DNA from: Octopus sinensis
Lineage: Eukaryota
Reading direction: 5' to 3'
Assembly: GCF_006345805.1 (NCBI RefSeq)
Contig: NC_043012.1
Location: 5,270,001-5,334,000, forward strand
DNA length: 64,000 bases
Shown here piece after piece: positions 38,330 through 51,617 of this stretch (position 1 is the first letter of the stretch; every line of letters begins with the position of its first letter). Made by a program: the position numbers and the translations under genes. The notes under the pieces are model-generated. The model had not been told where the DNA came from, did not search any database, and worked only from the letters and a program-made list of their open reading frames with translations.

Positions 38330-39008
38330 TCTGAGTTCAAATTCCAGCGAGGTCCACTTTGCTTTTCATTCTTTCGGGGTCGATAAAATAAGTACCATTT
38401 GGGTATTCGACTATTCTCCTCCTTCAAATTTCAGGCCTTGTACCTATAGTAGAAAAGATTATTAAATGCTAAAGCAAGGCGGCGAGCTGGCAGAAACGTT
38501 AGCACGCCGGGCGAAATGCGTAGCCGTATTTCGTCTGCCTTTCATCCTTTCGGGGTCGATAAATTAAGTACCAGTTACGTACTGGGGTCGATGTAATCGA
38601 CTTAATACTTTTGTCTGTCCTTGTTTGTCCCCTCTGTGTTTAGCTCCGTGTGGACAATAAAGAAATAAGAAACGTTAGCACACCGGGCGAAATACTTAGC
38701 AGTATTTTGTCTGCCGTTACGTTCTGAGTTCAAATTCCGCCGAGGTAGACTTTGCCTTTCATCCTTTCGGGGTCGATAAATTAAGAACCAGTTTCGCATT
38801 GGGGTGGATGTAATCGACTTAATCCCTTTATCTGTCCTTGTTTGTCCCTTCTGTGTTTAACCCCTTGTGGACAATAAAGAAATAAGAAACGTTAGCACAC
38901 CGGTCGAAATGAAAAACGGTATTCCGTCTGTCTTTATGTTCTGAGTTCAAATTACGGTAAGGCCGACTTTGGCTTTCATTCTTTCGGGGTCGAAAAATTA
39001 AGTACCAA
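38330..39008 (+). mobile_element. Cluster of four family A SINE units (one partial plus a head-to-tail trimer at 38478-39008)
   Basis: Repeated ctttcatcctttcggggtcgataaattaag cores; junctions gtggacaataaagaaataagaaacgttagcacacc at ~38650 and ~38870. Confidence 0.9.
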
Positions 39009-39393
39009 TGGAAAATGATATAGTGACAGATATCAAGAAGTCTGTGATAGATAGACAAAGAGACAGACTGACAGATCAATAAATAAGCATGACGGTAGAT
39101 AGATGGAGACAGATAGACAGAGAGAGAGAGAGAGAGAGAGAGAAGGGAGAGAATGTGAGAGATACGGAGATAAACATGATAGATTGATTGACTGATTGAT
39201 TGATTAATTGATTGATTGATTGATTAATAGACGCAAAAGTGCATACATTAATAAACAGAAACCAAGCTCAATAGGCAGAAAGAAAGAGAGAGTGTGTGAG
39301 AGAGAGAAAGTGAGAGAAAGCAAGTGATACAGAGAGAGAAACATATATAGAGAGAGATGGGGAGGGAGAGAGAGAGGATAGATAGATAGATAG

Positions 39394-39428
<35 letters not shown>

Positions 39429-40024
39429 GCAAAGACACATACATGGATAAACAGAAAGTGAGATCAACCGACAGATAGGCAGACAGCCGGAGAGTTAGGA
39501 AGCTCTACACCGGTAAACAGAGAGACAACATCAGTAAAAGACAGAGAGAGAGAAGAGATATGTGGAAGGAAGTTGAAAGGACAGAATTTGAGAATAAAAC
39601 AGTTGTGAGGTAATAGCTATCGATGCGAAGTGAACCCGGAAACCGTTGGTACTGAATAGTTTCACGGTAGAATGGTAAATGGAGATATCGGAAATACGAG
39701 GCAAGGTGAATAAGATCTTAATATATGATTGAAATGGCGCTTAGATATTGGGTATTTAGTGTGAACATGATTGAGAATTGACGAGGAGAGGAAGAATAGC
39801 AGGGAAGAGGGAGAGAAAGAAGAGGGGATAAAAAGGGAGATAATTTTAAAATATAGAAAGAACGAGGACTATAAATAATTGTGTGTGAATGTATTGAGTG
39901 TGTGTGTGTATGTGTATGTGTGTGTGTGTGTGTGTGTGTGTTATCTTTTAATTCTTTCGGTCTTTGCTGCCATGATGGTGCACACCTTGTGAGATTTCGT
40001 CGAACATATCGGCCCCAATACAAG

Positions 40025-40328
40025 TTTATTTTTTAAGCCTGGTACTTATTCTGTCGGTCTCTTATGTTGAACCGCAAGCTTAAGGGGACGTAAACATACG
40101 AATACCGGTTGTCAAGGGGTAGAGGGGGACAAAGTCAAACACAATGATACACACACATGCATACATATATATGTGTGCGTGGGTGGGTAGGTGGGTGTAT
40201 ACGACGGGCTTCCTTCAGTTTCCGTCCCTCAAATCCATTTACAAGACGTTATAGCAGAAGATATTTACCCAAGGTAGGGTCGAACTGAAACTACGTGGTG
40301 GCAAGCAAGCTTCTAAACAGCACACCCA
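40025..40328 (-). mobile_element. Older, diverged family B SINE
   Basis: tacttattctgtcggtctc...ggacgtaaaca...cgacgggcttccttcagtttccgtc. Confidence 0.75.
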
Positions 40329-40376
40329 TTTATTTACATACGAACAAATGTACATACAAATATACATATAAATATA

Positions 40377-40786
40377 TTCTTTTTTTTTCTTTTTACTTGT
40401 TTCAGTCATTTGACTGCGGCACTGCTGGAGCACCGCCTTTAGTCGAGCAAATCGACCACGGGACTTTTTCTTTGTAAGCCCAGTACTTATTCTATCGGTC
40501 TCTTTTGCCGAACCGCTAAGTGACGGGGAGGTAAACACACCAGCATCGGTTGTCAAGCAATGGTAGAGGGACAAACACAGACACACAAACATATACATAC
40601 ACATAATACATATATATACATATATACGACAGGCTTCTTTCAGTTTCCGTCTACCAAATCCACTCACAAGGCATTGGTCGGCCCGAGGCTATAGCAGAAG
40701 ACACTTGCCAAGATGCCACGCAGTGGGACTGAACCAGAACCATATGGTTGGTAGGCAAGCTACTTACCACACAGCACTCCTGCGCC
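40377..40786 (-). mobile_element. Family B SINE, full length
   Basis: Reverse complement of the full head, core and tail. Confidence 0.92.
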
Positions 40787-40797
40787 TATATATATAT

Positions 40798-40851
<54 letters not shown>

Positions 40852-41060
40852 TATATAATATATATATATATAATATATATAATATATATATATATATTAT
40901 ATAATATATATATATAATATTATTTTAAGGGAATAAAAATTCCCGTATAACACAGGTTCAAATTGTTCTCAATGAAGAAATATATTTTAATTTAGAGATA
41001 GAAGGCCCCTACATCTCGCCATATAAAAAGAATTTTTAAATACCTACTGTTTTATTACTT

Positions 41061-41155
41061 GGCAACACGTGTTTCATGAGGTACATCCTCGGGTTCCTAA
41101 ACCACTCCATGTTTTTCTGGAACCCTTCTTAAAATGTAACCCCAATCATCAGGCC
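41061..41155 (-). ncRNA. Type I hammerhead-like motif with extended stem II
   Basis: Minus strand ggc-CTGATGA-[t tggggt t acat ... gggttcc ... ggaaccc ... atgt acctca t]-GAAA-cacgtg-TT-gcc: intact core, long stem II, palindromic stem III. Confidence 0.7.
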
Positions 41156-41379
41156 CTTATATCACTTTATCAACGTTCAGTACATTAACCTATATTTTAA
41201 TTTTATAATTAATTATTTTAATTTTACAATTTGGTTTTAAAAATCGATTGGAGTTTATTCCAGTGGTCAGGAAGCAAGCATTTATGAACCTTCCCTGTGT
41301 CTACGCAAAACCTTTAAATGATGCCAATAGGATTGTTGACATTGAGCAAGTTTAAACTAGTTCTAACTGTCATTGACAA

Positions 41380-41780
41380 TTACGATTTGGCAGGAAATAT
41401 TTAAGGTGCAGTGTTAGCAACATGGCCTATTTTCGCGATGCATAAGGCAATACCGAATGCATGAAAAACTATTAAAATGTTAATGGAGAAAATGGAGAAG
41501 TGCGATAGTAATTTCTTACGCAAATGACATGGTCACCTTCCATGCTTTACAGGAATTTGGTTATATAATGCTGCAACAAAACACTTCAATACCACTGGTG
41601 AGGAGTTTCAAGTTGCAAAGGCCTGCTGTCGCAGGATGGTATGGGTTTCGATGGATCTCATTGCATGTATATACAAGAGTGGAGATGAAGAAAAAAGGTT
41701 AGTCATTGGTCATTCCCCTAAAATCCTTTTAAACAATTAGGATTTCTGATGAACTTATAAACAATTATGAACATATTTTA
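41380..41780 (+). mobile_element. Possible degenerate Penelope GIY-YIG 3' end
   Basis: GIWLYNAA...FQVAKAC...HSPKILLNN* loosely resembles PLE endonuclease C-termini and is followed by ctgatga (41747) with a decayed GAA-catat half. Confidence 0.3.
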
Positions 41781-42099
41781 CTACTTATTTTGAACACTTT
41801 TATGTAAACTATTTAAACACAAATCCTCTCTTAACATTTTCTTATTAGTGTCAAGGATTATGTTTCTTAACATTTTCTCATCATTATTAAAGACTCTATC
41901 ACTGTATTTTAATACATCTATCTTAACGAATTTTTAACAACACAAAGGCTACACAAAGCCTTGCATTTTACTTTTGAAAACCTTTCTTTAAGAAAGCGAA
42001 ACTGGTCAAGTCAACAAACATCTTTAAAAAGCCTCTACATTTTCAAATCTTCTTCTCTATATATTTTCACTCGTGCGATACCTTCCAATTTTACTTTGA

Positions 42100-42140
<41 letters not shown>

Positions 42141-42144
<4 letters not shown>

Positions 42145-42660
42145 GAGGGTAGAAATTGATATCAATCAATTAACATCAATTTAAACCAGTGGTCTAGCGC
42201 ATTCCAAAAGAATCCGAAGATTTACAAATTATATTACAATTAATAAGAGGAATGACCACTAAAGTGGATTCCTATACGCTAGAGATAGACGTCAAATCGC
42301 CTTACCAGTAAAACATCCCAGTAAACGCAAAAATGTAAAAAATAAGCAAGGCAAATGAAAATTTACAAAACAAAACAATTATCTACGTATCATGATTTCA
42401 TTATTAATACTTGCAAAATGCAAGTATCTGTAAATCCTCAGTGTAGCCTGTCGTATTTCAAAACATGCTTCACTGAATGAAATCATGATACGTAGGTAAT
42501 CGTTTTATTTTGTAAATTTTCATTCACCGTGTTTATTTTTTACATTTTGGCTTTTGCTGGGTTTTTTTTCTTGAGAACACACTCTTTGTGGTAAGTCGAT
42601 TTGATGTCTAACTCTAGCATATAGGAATCCACTTTAGTGGTCATTCCTCTTATAATTGTA
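42141..42660. mobile_element. Foldback of a Penelope/retrozyme-like element: arms 42235-42402 and 42476-42660, between (TA)n tracts
   Basis: Arms are mutually inverted (gaggaatgaccactaaagtggattcctata...tacgtatcatgatttcatt); 42141-42300 (minus) is homologous to 59105-59250. Confidence 0.8.
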
Positions 42661-42670
42661 TGTATATATA

Positions 42671-42724
<54 letters not shown>

Positions 42725-42725
42725 G

Positions 42726-42770
<45 letters not shown>

Positions 42771-43039
42771 AAAAATCCAACATACCTCCATCATCAGCGG
42801 CCCCACGGATATCTTATCTTTCGACACCTGGACAGTACCATTCAATCCGGCGGGTCAACTGCACTAAAAGAAAGACAAAAAAAACTATGTATATATAAGT
42901 GTGCATGTCTATATGTATGAATATTATATATGTATGTTTGTATGGATGTGTGAATTATATATGATGCTTTGTGCAATATGTTATTTGCATTATACATTAA
43001 AGAAAGAGGGAATATTTTGGAATATGTATATAGATATAT

Positions 43040-43070
<31 letters not shown>

Positions 43071-43409
43071 CTATATATATATATATAAAAAAATATATAT
43101 ATGTCAAAAATTGTGAAGCATGACTGTCAACACTACTACATGAACCCGAAGATTGCAATTCAATGCATGAAAGTACTAGTTCAATCAGGAATGAATATTT
43201 AACATTTACTATTTCATTTTATTTTATTCAATTTATAATATATATCTTATAATATATTCATATAAGATTGTAAATAAAACGTGAAAATCAGACAAGGTTG
43301 GAATTCTTTTTTTAATATATTCTTCTATACCAATCACACACACCCTATATAATATTATATATATATTATATATATATAATATATATATATATAAAAATAT
43401 ATATATATG

Positions 43410-43504
<95 letters not shown>

Positions 43505-43699
43505 CAAGGTGTGTCAACATAAAATAAAAGTATATTTTAATAAATATGTGTGTGCGTGCGTGTGTTTATGTATGTGTACATTCATATACATGCGTAAATA
43601 TATATATTTTAAAACATACACTCACACGTATATATATATATATAATTTTCTTTTATATACATGTACGTATGTATCTCTGTGTGCATGCATAACTATATG

Positions 43700-44545
43700 T
43701 ATGTATGTACGTATGTATGTATGTATGTATGAATGTATGTATGTATGTATGTATGTATGTACGTATGTATGAATGTATGTATGTATGTATGCATGTATGT
43801 ATGTATTTATGTATGTATGTATGTATGTATGTATGTATGAATGTATGTATGTACGTATGTATGAATGTATGTATGTATGTATGTATGTATGTATGTATGT
43901 ATTATACATGCATGTATGTATGTATGTATGAATGTATGTATGTACGTATGTATGAATGTATGTATGTATGTACGCATGCATGTATGTATGTATGTATGCA
44001 TGTATGTATGTATGTATGTATGTATGTGTGTATGTATGAATGTATGTATGTATGTATGTATGTATGTATGAATGTATGTATGTATGTATGTATGTATGCA
44101 TGCATGCATGCATGTATGTATGTATGTATGTATGTATGTATGTATGCATGTCTGTATGTATGTATGTATGCATATATGCATGTATGTATGTATGCATGTA
44201 GTATTATGTATGTATGTATGTTGCATGTATGTATGTATGTATGTATGTATGCATGTATGTATGTATGTATGTATGTATGTATGTATGTATGAATGTTGTA
44301 TGTATGTATGTATGTATGTATGAATGTATGTATGTATGTATGTATGTATGCATGCATGTATGTATGTTGTATGTATGTATGTATGCATGTATGTATGTAT
44401 GTATGTATGTATGATGTATGTATGTATGTAGTATGTATGTATGTATGCTGTATGTATGTATGTATGTATGCATGTATGTATGTATGTATGTATGCAGTAT
44501 GTATGTATGTATGTATGTATGTATGTATGTATGTATGTATGTATG
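43700..44545 (+). repeat. ~850-bp (TATG)n tetranucleotide array with variants
   Basis: Direct observation; source of the YVCM and HTYI ORFs. Confidence 0.97.
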
Positions 44546-45184
44546 TGCGTGCGTGAGTGTGTGTTGTGGTCTCTTTGTTCATACGCATACCCTTAGAAAA
44601 AGACGAAATACAGATGTGAATGCCGGCTTACAGACACACACCCAAACATACAAACGGTAAGAATCAGCGGAGAGTAAGTAACAAAGAGATTTACGGACAG
44701 AGAGGGAGAGTGATAAAGAAGTAGAGAAAGGCAAAAGAACAATAAAGGTGAACACAAAAACAACTAAATAACTACAAAGATATTGCAACGATAAGAATAG
44801 AGGTCCAGGTTTCATTTCCTAACAACTCTGTAACAACAAAACTGGCCTATATGAATACTTGCAGAATATCAATAATTTATGATCGTTGGCTTCCAACATT
44901 GGTAAAACAATTTCCGGTGTATTTGGCAAATACAAGGTTGAAATATCTACGATAACAATAAATATTATAAGAGAAACTGACTGCAATAAATACAGCAACT
45001 GCAACAAATAATAATAATTTTAGTAGCAGCAGGAACTAAAAACTCGGCAAAAATTAGGTAAGAGATACAAACTTTCAAAATGGCGGTGTGTAATTATATG
45101 AATAAAAGCGTACATACGCTTACACTCATATATATCTACACACCCAGACACACACACGCACACATATAAACATACATACATACA

Positions 45185-45222
<38 letters not shown>

Positions 45223-45251
45223 ACAAACGCGCACGTACACATATATGTACA

Positions 45252-45405
45252 CAGGCGTGGCTATGTGGTGAGATGCATATTTCCTAACCACTTGGTTCTG
45301 GGTTCATTCCCATAAAGCGGCATCTTTGGCAAGTGTCATCTACTGTAGTCCCTAGCCGACCAAGGCCGTGTGAATGGATTTGGGTGACGGAAACTGAAAG
45401 AAGCT
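45252..45405 (+). mobile_element. Family B SINE 5' half, diverged
   Basis: caggcgtggctatgtggtgag...ggcaagtgtcatctactgtag...gacggaaactgaaagaagc. Confidence 0.8.
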
Positions 45406-45439
<34 letters not shown>

Positions 45440-45472
45440 ACACACACACACACACACATATATAAGGGACAT

Positions 45473-45697
45473 GCTCAACTGTTTAAGATCAAACAACTGA
45501 CAAGCAAATCCGTGGTATTGAGCAGAATATTTGCTGTAGCCCATCTTTCGTCCCAAGTCAAAGCAATGTACATGATAACACTTCCAATCAGTTAAGATCA
45601 GAAGCCATGAGAACCACTGCCTGGTACTGCATCAGGGCATTTTATTGTTATTATTATTATTATTATGATTATTATTATTATTATTATTATTATTATC
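45473..45697 (+). mobile_element. LINE-type 3' terminus with an (ATT)n tail
   Basis: ...cagaagccatgagaaccactgcctggtactgcatcagggcatt followed by a long (ATT)n; family not assigned. Confidence 0.6.
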
Positions 45698-46130
45698 TAT
45701 TCAAGGCACAGCATGGAATCTTGGGGTTAGTAGCTCGCACTTTAACCACTATGCCATATGCCCGTGGTCAATTATAGAGTTAATTTTCGAGCTTATGAAC
45801 CTAATATTTTTGTATCCTTCGAAAATATTCATTTGATATTTCTGTCCATTCCAGTAGCCCATTGTATGTGTAGATCTTTAGATATAATTAGGTGCTGTTG
45901 GATAGATTGGCCAGAGTGGGATTGAATAATCAACGTTTCTTGATTTACCATTAAAATTGATGGCTTCTTGCTTTTTGATGTAGTCTCTTAACTACGTCTG
46001 AATTCTTCGCTTGAAGCTCAATATTCCTTATATAATCTATTAGCCACCAAAGCTGGTTGATTCTTTCTGTATATCGCAGATTTGTTTCAACTGATTCCCT
46101 GCCATGTTTAGATTTGAAGATACATCTTGC

Positions 46131-48670
46131 GGGTTAGGGATAGGATTAGGGTTTGGGTTAGAGTTAGGGTAAGGGATAGGGTTAGGGTTAAGGTCAGGTT
46201 TAGAGTTAGCGTTAGGGTAAGGGTTGGTATTAGGGTTAGGGTTAGGGTTAGGGTTAGGGTTAGGGTTAGCGTTAGGGTTAGGGTTAGGGTTAGGTTTAGG
46301 ATTAGCGTTAGGGTTCGGGTTAGGATTAGGGTTAGGGTTAGGTTTAGCGTTAGGGTTAGGGTTAGAGTTAGGTATAGGGTTAGGGTTAGGGTAAGGGTTA
46401 GGGTTAGGATAAGGGTTAGGGTTAGGGTTAGGGTTGGGGTTGGGGTTGGGGTTAGGGTTAGGGTTAGCGTTAGGGTTAGGGTGAGGGTTAGGGTTAGCGT
46501 TAGGTTTATGGTTAGGATTAGGGTTAGGGTTAGGTTTAGCGTTGGGGTTAGGGTTAGGGTTAGGGTTAGGGCTAGGGTTAGGGCTAAGGTTAGAGTTAGG
46601 GTAAAGGATAGGGTTAGGGTTAGTATTAGGGTTAGGGTTAGGTTTAGGGTTAGGGTTAGTGTAAAGGTTAGGGTAAGGGTAAGGGTTAGGGTTAGGTTTA
46701 GGGTTAAGGGATAGGGTTAGGGTTAGGGTTAAGGATAGGGTTAGGGTTAGTGTTAGCGTTTAGTTTAGGTTTAGTGTTAGGTTTAGGTTTAGGGTTAGGG
46801 TTAGCATTAGGGTTAGGGTTAGCATTAGGGTTAGGGTTAGCGTTAGTGTTAGTGTTTGGGTCAGGGTTAGGGTTAGGTTTAGGGTTAGGGTTAGTGTAAG
46901 TGTTAGTATTAGGGTTAGGTTTATGGTTAGGGTTAGGGTAAGGGTTAGGTTTACGGTTAGGGTTAGGGTTAGTGTTAGGGTTAGGGTTAGCGTTAGGGTT
47001 AGGGTTAGGGTTAGGTTTTGGGTTAGGGTTAGGTTTAGGGTTAGGGGTAGGGTTAGAGTTAGGGCTAAGTTTAGGGTTAGGGTTAGGGTTAGGGTTAGGT
47101 TTAGGGTTCGGGTTAGGTTTAGGGTTAGGGTTAGGGTTAGGTTTAAGATTAGGGTTACGGTTAGTGTTAGGGTTAGGGTGAGGGTTAGGGATAGGGTTAG
47201 GGTTATTGTTAGGGTTAGGGTTAGGTTTAGGGTTAAGTTTAGTGTTAGTGTTAGGGTATGGTTTAGCGTTAAGGTTAGTGTTGGCGTTTGGGTTAGGTTT
47301 AGGGTTAGCGTTAGGTTTAGGGTTAGGGTTAGGGTTAGCGTTAGGGTTAGGGTTAGGGTTGGGATTACGGTTAGGGTAAGAGTTAGGGTTAGCGTTAGGG
47401 TTAGGGGTAGGGTTAGGGTTAGCGTTAGGGTTAGGGTAAGGGTTAGGGTTAGGGTTAAGGTTAGCGTTATGGTTAGGGTTAGGATTAGCGTTAGGGTCAT
47501 GGTTAGGTTTAAGATTAAGGTTTTGGTTAGGGTTACGGTTAGGTTTAGGGTTTGGGTTAGGGTTAGGGTTATAGTTAGGTTTAGGCTTACGGTTACAGAT
47601 CGTGTTAGGGTTAGGGTTAGGGTTAGGGCTCGGGCTAGGGTTAGATTTACGTTTAGGTTTAGGTTTAGGGTTAGGGTTAGCGTTAGACTTAGGTTTAGGA
47701 TTAGGGTAAGGTTTAGGGTTAGGTTTAGTGTTAGGGTTAGGGTTGGTGTTGGGGTAAGTGTTAGGGTTAGTGTTGGGTTATGGTTAGGGTTAGTGTTAGG
47801 GTTAGGGTTAGTGTTAGGTTTAGGGTAGGTTTAGGGTTATGGTTATGGTTAGGGTTAGGGTTAGAGTTAGGGTTAGGGTTAGGGTTAGGGTTAGGGTTTA
47901 GGCTTAGTGTTAGGGTTTGGGTTAGGGTTAAGGTAGGGTTAGGGGTTATGTTTAGGGTTAGGGTTAGGGCTAGTGTTAGTGTCAGGGTTAGGTTTAGGTT
48001 TAGGTTTAGGGTTAGGTTTAGGGTTAGTGTTAGGGGTTTGGGTTAGGGTTAGGTCAGGGTTAGTGTTAGGGTTAGGGTTTAGGGTTAGGGTTAGTTTTAG
48101 GGTTAGGCTTAGTGTTAGGGTTAGGGTTAGGGTTAGGGTTTGAGTTAGGTTTAGGGTTAGGGTTAGGGTTTAGGCTTAGTGTTAGGGTCTAGGCTTAGGG
48201 TTTGGGTTAGGGTAGGGTTAGGGGTTATGTTTAGGGTTAGGGTTAGTGTTAGTTTTATGGTAATAGTTAGGGTTAGGATTAGGGTTAGTGTTTGGGTTAG
48301 GGTTAGGGTTAGGGTTAGGTTTAGGTTTAGTGTTGGGGTTTAGGGTTAGTGTTTAGGTTAGGTTTAGTGTCAGGTTTTGGGTTAGGGTTTAGGGTCATGG
48401 TTAGGGGTTAGAGTTAGGGTTAGGGTTTAGGTTTAGGTTTTAGTGTTAGGGTTAGGGTTAAGGTTAGGATTAGAGTTAGGGTTAGGTTTAGCGTTTAGGT
48501 TTAGTGTTAGGTTCAGTGTTAGTTTTAGGGTTAGGTTTTAGGGTTAGGGTTAGGGTTAGGGTTAGGGTTAGGTTGGGGTTAGGGTTAGGTTTAGGGTTAG
48601 GGTTATTGTAAGGTTTATTGTCAGTGTTAGGGTTAGGGTTCGGTTTAGGGTTAGGGTTAGGGTTAGGTTT
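46131..48670 (+). repeat. ~2.5-kb degenerate interstitial telomeric (TTAGGG)n array
   Basis: Continuous hexamer register with many variants (TTAGCG, TTAGTG, TTAGGT, TAAGGG, TTTGGG); non-telomeric sequence on both sides. Confidence 0.97.
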
Positions 48671-51062
48671 AATGATGTTTCTGGGATCTCAGAATTTTTT
48701 CTGAATCCGAATCCCTGAGCCAGGTGACCCAGGATTGATTATGTTCCATCATGATTACTCATAATAGCCGCAAACCATTGGTCTGCTCTCTTTATCCACA
48801 GAAGTGGAGTTTTTTTACAACAGTCTGATCGCCCGCTTTCTTGCTCTGTCTCTGCTTTGACCTGCCATAGCTAAAAATATTATCCGTCTTGACAATTCCA
48901 GAATTTGTGTGATTATCACAGTGAACCAAACTGTATGATTTTTACATATTCGCTATGCATGTGCTCTTCGATTTTGGAAAACAATACTAACATTTTCATC
49001 ATTATGGCTGCAATTTCTTTAGTAACAATTGTGTTATATCAACGTTCATTTCCTTCAACTACACGTTAGTTTGTTCTGATGTTGCATCTTTTGTGATTCC
49101 TGCTCTCGTTTTGTGCGCTCCAGGGCTGAGTTAATTATATTAACCTACATGTAATTTTAGTGAAGTAATTTCTATAACGTTATGGCTATTTGTAACTGAC
49201 TTCAATCCGTCATGAGCATCTATGCATCTTTTGCTATATTTCATTACCTTCCATGAAATAAACCTGGACAAATCTGTAAGGCTCCTAAGAAAGTATTAAA
49301 GAGCTGCCCCTTAAATAGTTGCATTGTCCCTGCATTTTATAAATCATATAGCGTTGAACGCCTATCATGTTCCTGTCAACACAGAATTGTATCATTTGAA
49401 ATGCAACATTTTTATTTGTTAAGCAGGATATTAAATTTTGCTTTTCGTGTACCCTGAAGAAGTACATTCTTGAAAAATTTCAGGAAGCGCTTATATTGTT
49501 TGAAGTCATTTGGCTTGTGTCCTTCGGTAAAATAAAGATCGATTCAATCAACACCTCCTATTCCAAAATCGCTGACAATTTCAGAAACTCATTCAAGTAC
49601 AACATGTGTTATACATGAATGTGCGAAAGACTGAATTTTAACACAAAAAAGACATAGATACAAACTTATGTATTGCTGACATTATCAAGCTTCTACATCC
49701 ATCAGTTCATATACATATCTATTTTCTAAATATATATAATTTGTTACTTAGTCGAGTACGTGCGAAGATGTGTGAGTGTAAGCATGTGTCTGTGTGCATA
49801 AATTGCTGGTGTATTCTCGTCCATGTTCATGTTAGCTTGTTTTGCGAATTGTGACCCGTTAAGACAAATACATAACTTACCGCTTCAATAGATAAGTTTC
49901 GCTGAAATAGGAACCATATTGAAATAAGACCTGGGGTTGAGTGTTATCCCCTGAAACCCGCCATTGTTGTAGCTTCTCCATGAACATAATCGCAAAACTG
50001 AAACAGTAATATATATATATATACATATATATATACACACATACATATGTACGAGTGTGGGTGTGTATCTATATATCTATATACGTATAAATATACACAC
50101 ACATATACAGATATATATACTTATATATATATATATATAAAGAGAGAGAAAGGGGGTAGAGGACGACTGTGTATTGAAATTATTTTTACAAACTAATCAA
50201 ATAACATAAATAAATTAAATTAAAAATAAACAAGTTATTTAATTGATCAATAGATAAACAAATAAGCAAATAATTCAATAAATAAACGTAAAAAAAATTT
50301 ATTCTCTTTTGTTTCTTATGTTTAGTTATTTTCTAAAAAATTCCGGTTGCTGTCTTTCACATTTCTTTTTTTTCATTTATTTATTTTCAAAATTCCATTA
50401 AACTTTGATAGTTTTGTAATTGCAGACTTTTAACAACAAAACTTCCAAAAGATCAAAGAATTAATTGCCAGCAAAAGCTAATTTATTTAACGTCTTTATT
50501 CTTGTTGTTTATATTTGATTTTAGAATTTTTTCTTTTATGGACTTTTTGGGGAGTTTCATTCATTATTTTTTAATTATTAATTTTTCCATTCTTCCGTTC
50601 ATTCTTTAATTCTTCCAGATTTTTAACACGTAAAGTGTTTGTTTTTGTATTTACAGTGGCGTTTTTGCATTCGCTTTTGTTTTCTGGATTTTTTAACATT
50701 CTTTGTTGATTTTTGCTATTAATTCATCTTGGAACCTAAATAAAGGCAAGTTTAACCCACAAACACGGAACAAAGTAGTGACAGCTAAAATAAATTAAAA
50801 AATGCAAGAATGAATATAACAAAAAACTTCCATCATTTAACTGAAAAACGGAATTTCCAAAGACCTGTGATAATTCTTCTAAATTTGAAGTTTTATCAAT
50901 TCACTGCGCCATGTAATTTGGTAATGTACGATATATGTATGAGCGTGTGTATTTGTGTATTTGTCGGTAAGATCGAGATTCACCGATACAAAATAGAATC
51001 CAGGATGTAATATATACATATATACACACACACACATATATAATATTGTATATGTGTTATAT

Positions 51063-51099
<37 letters not shown>

Positions 51100-51558
51100 A
51101 TATACATACAAAACACACATGTATATGTATATATATATAGACACACACATATATTACATATATATATATATATTAATTTGTATGTAATGTATGTATGTAA
51201 TGTATGTATGTATGTATGAATGAATAATGGTGAGGTCGGAGGTAACTTTTACAAACTTATATTCTTCTAATGATCACTTCTAAAAAATGGAGTATTAACT
51301 TTGCAAAATACCATAAAATTTATATGCATGTATGTGCGTGTGGTGTGTGTGTGTGTGTGTGTACATATGTATGTGAGCATGCATATATGCCTGAATGAAA
51401 ATGTATGTTTTTCAATACGAGCTGAATCTTCGCCAATTATTACTCCAAGATACTCATTTTCGATCATAGATCGATAATCAACTGATGGTCTTCAAGAAAT
51501 TCTGAGTAACTACATATAAGTTTTCTCTTCCAATAAAATATAATACTCAGCCTCATAC

Positions 51559-51617
<59 letters not shown>

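Noticed and set aside
43233-44660. YI/YVCM/HTYI ORFs here and throughout the window
   Set aside because: They are di- and tetranucleotide microsatellite translations.
46127-48046. Long RV/LT/LG-repeat ORFs (up to 301 aa)
   Set aside because: They are translations of the TTAGGG array, which lacks stops in some frames.
49450-49486. ctgaaga...gaaaaatttc as a hammerhead
   Set aside because: Stem I is out of register and stem II is marginal; compatible with chance.
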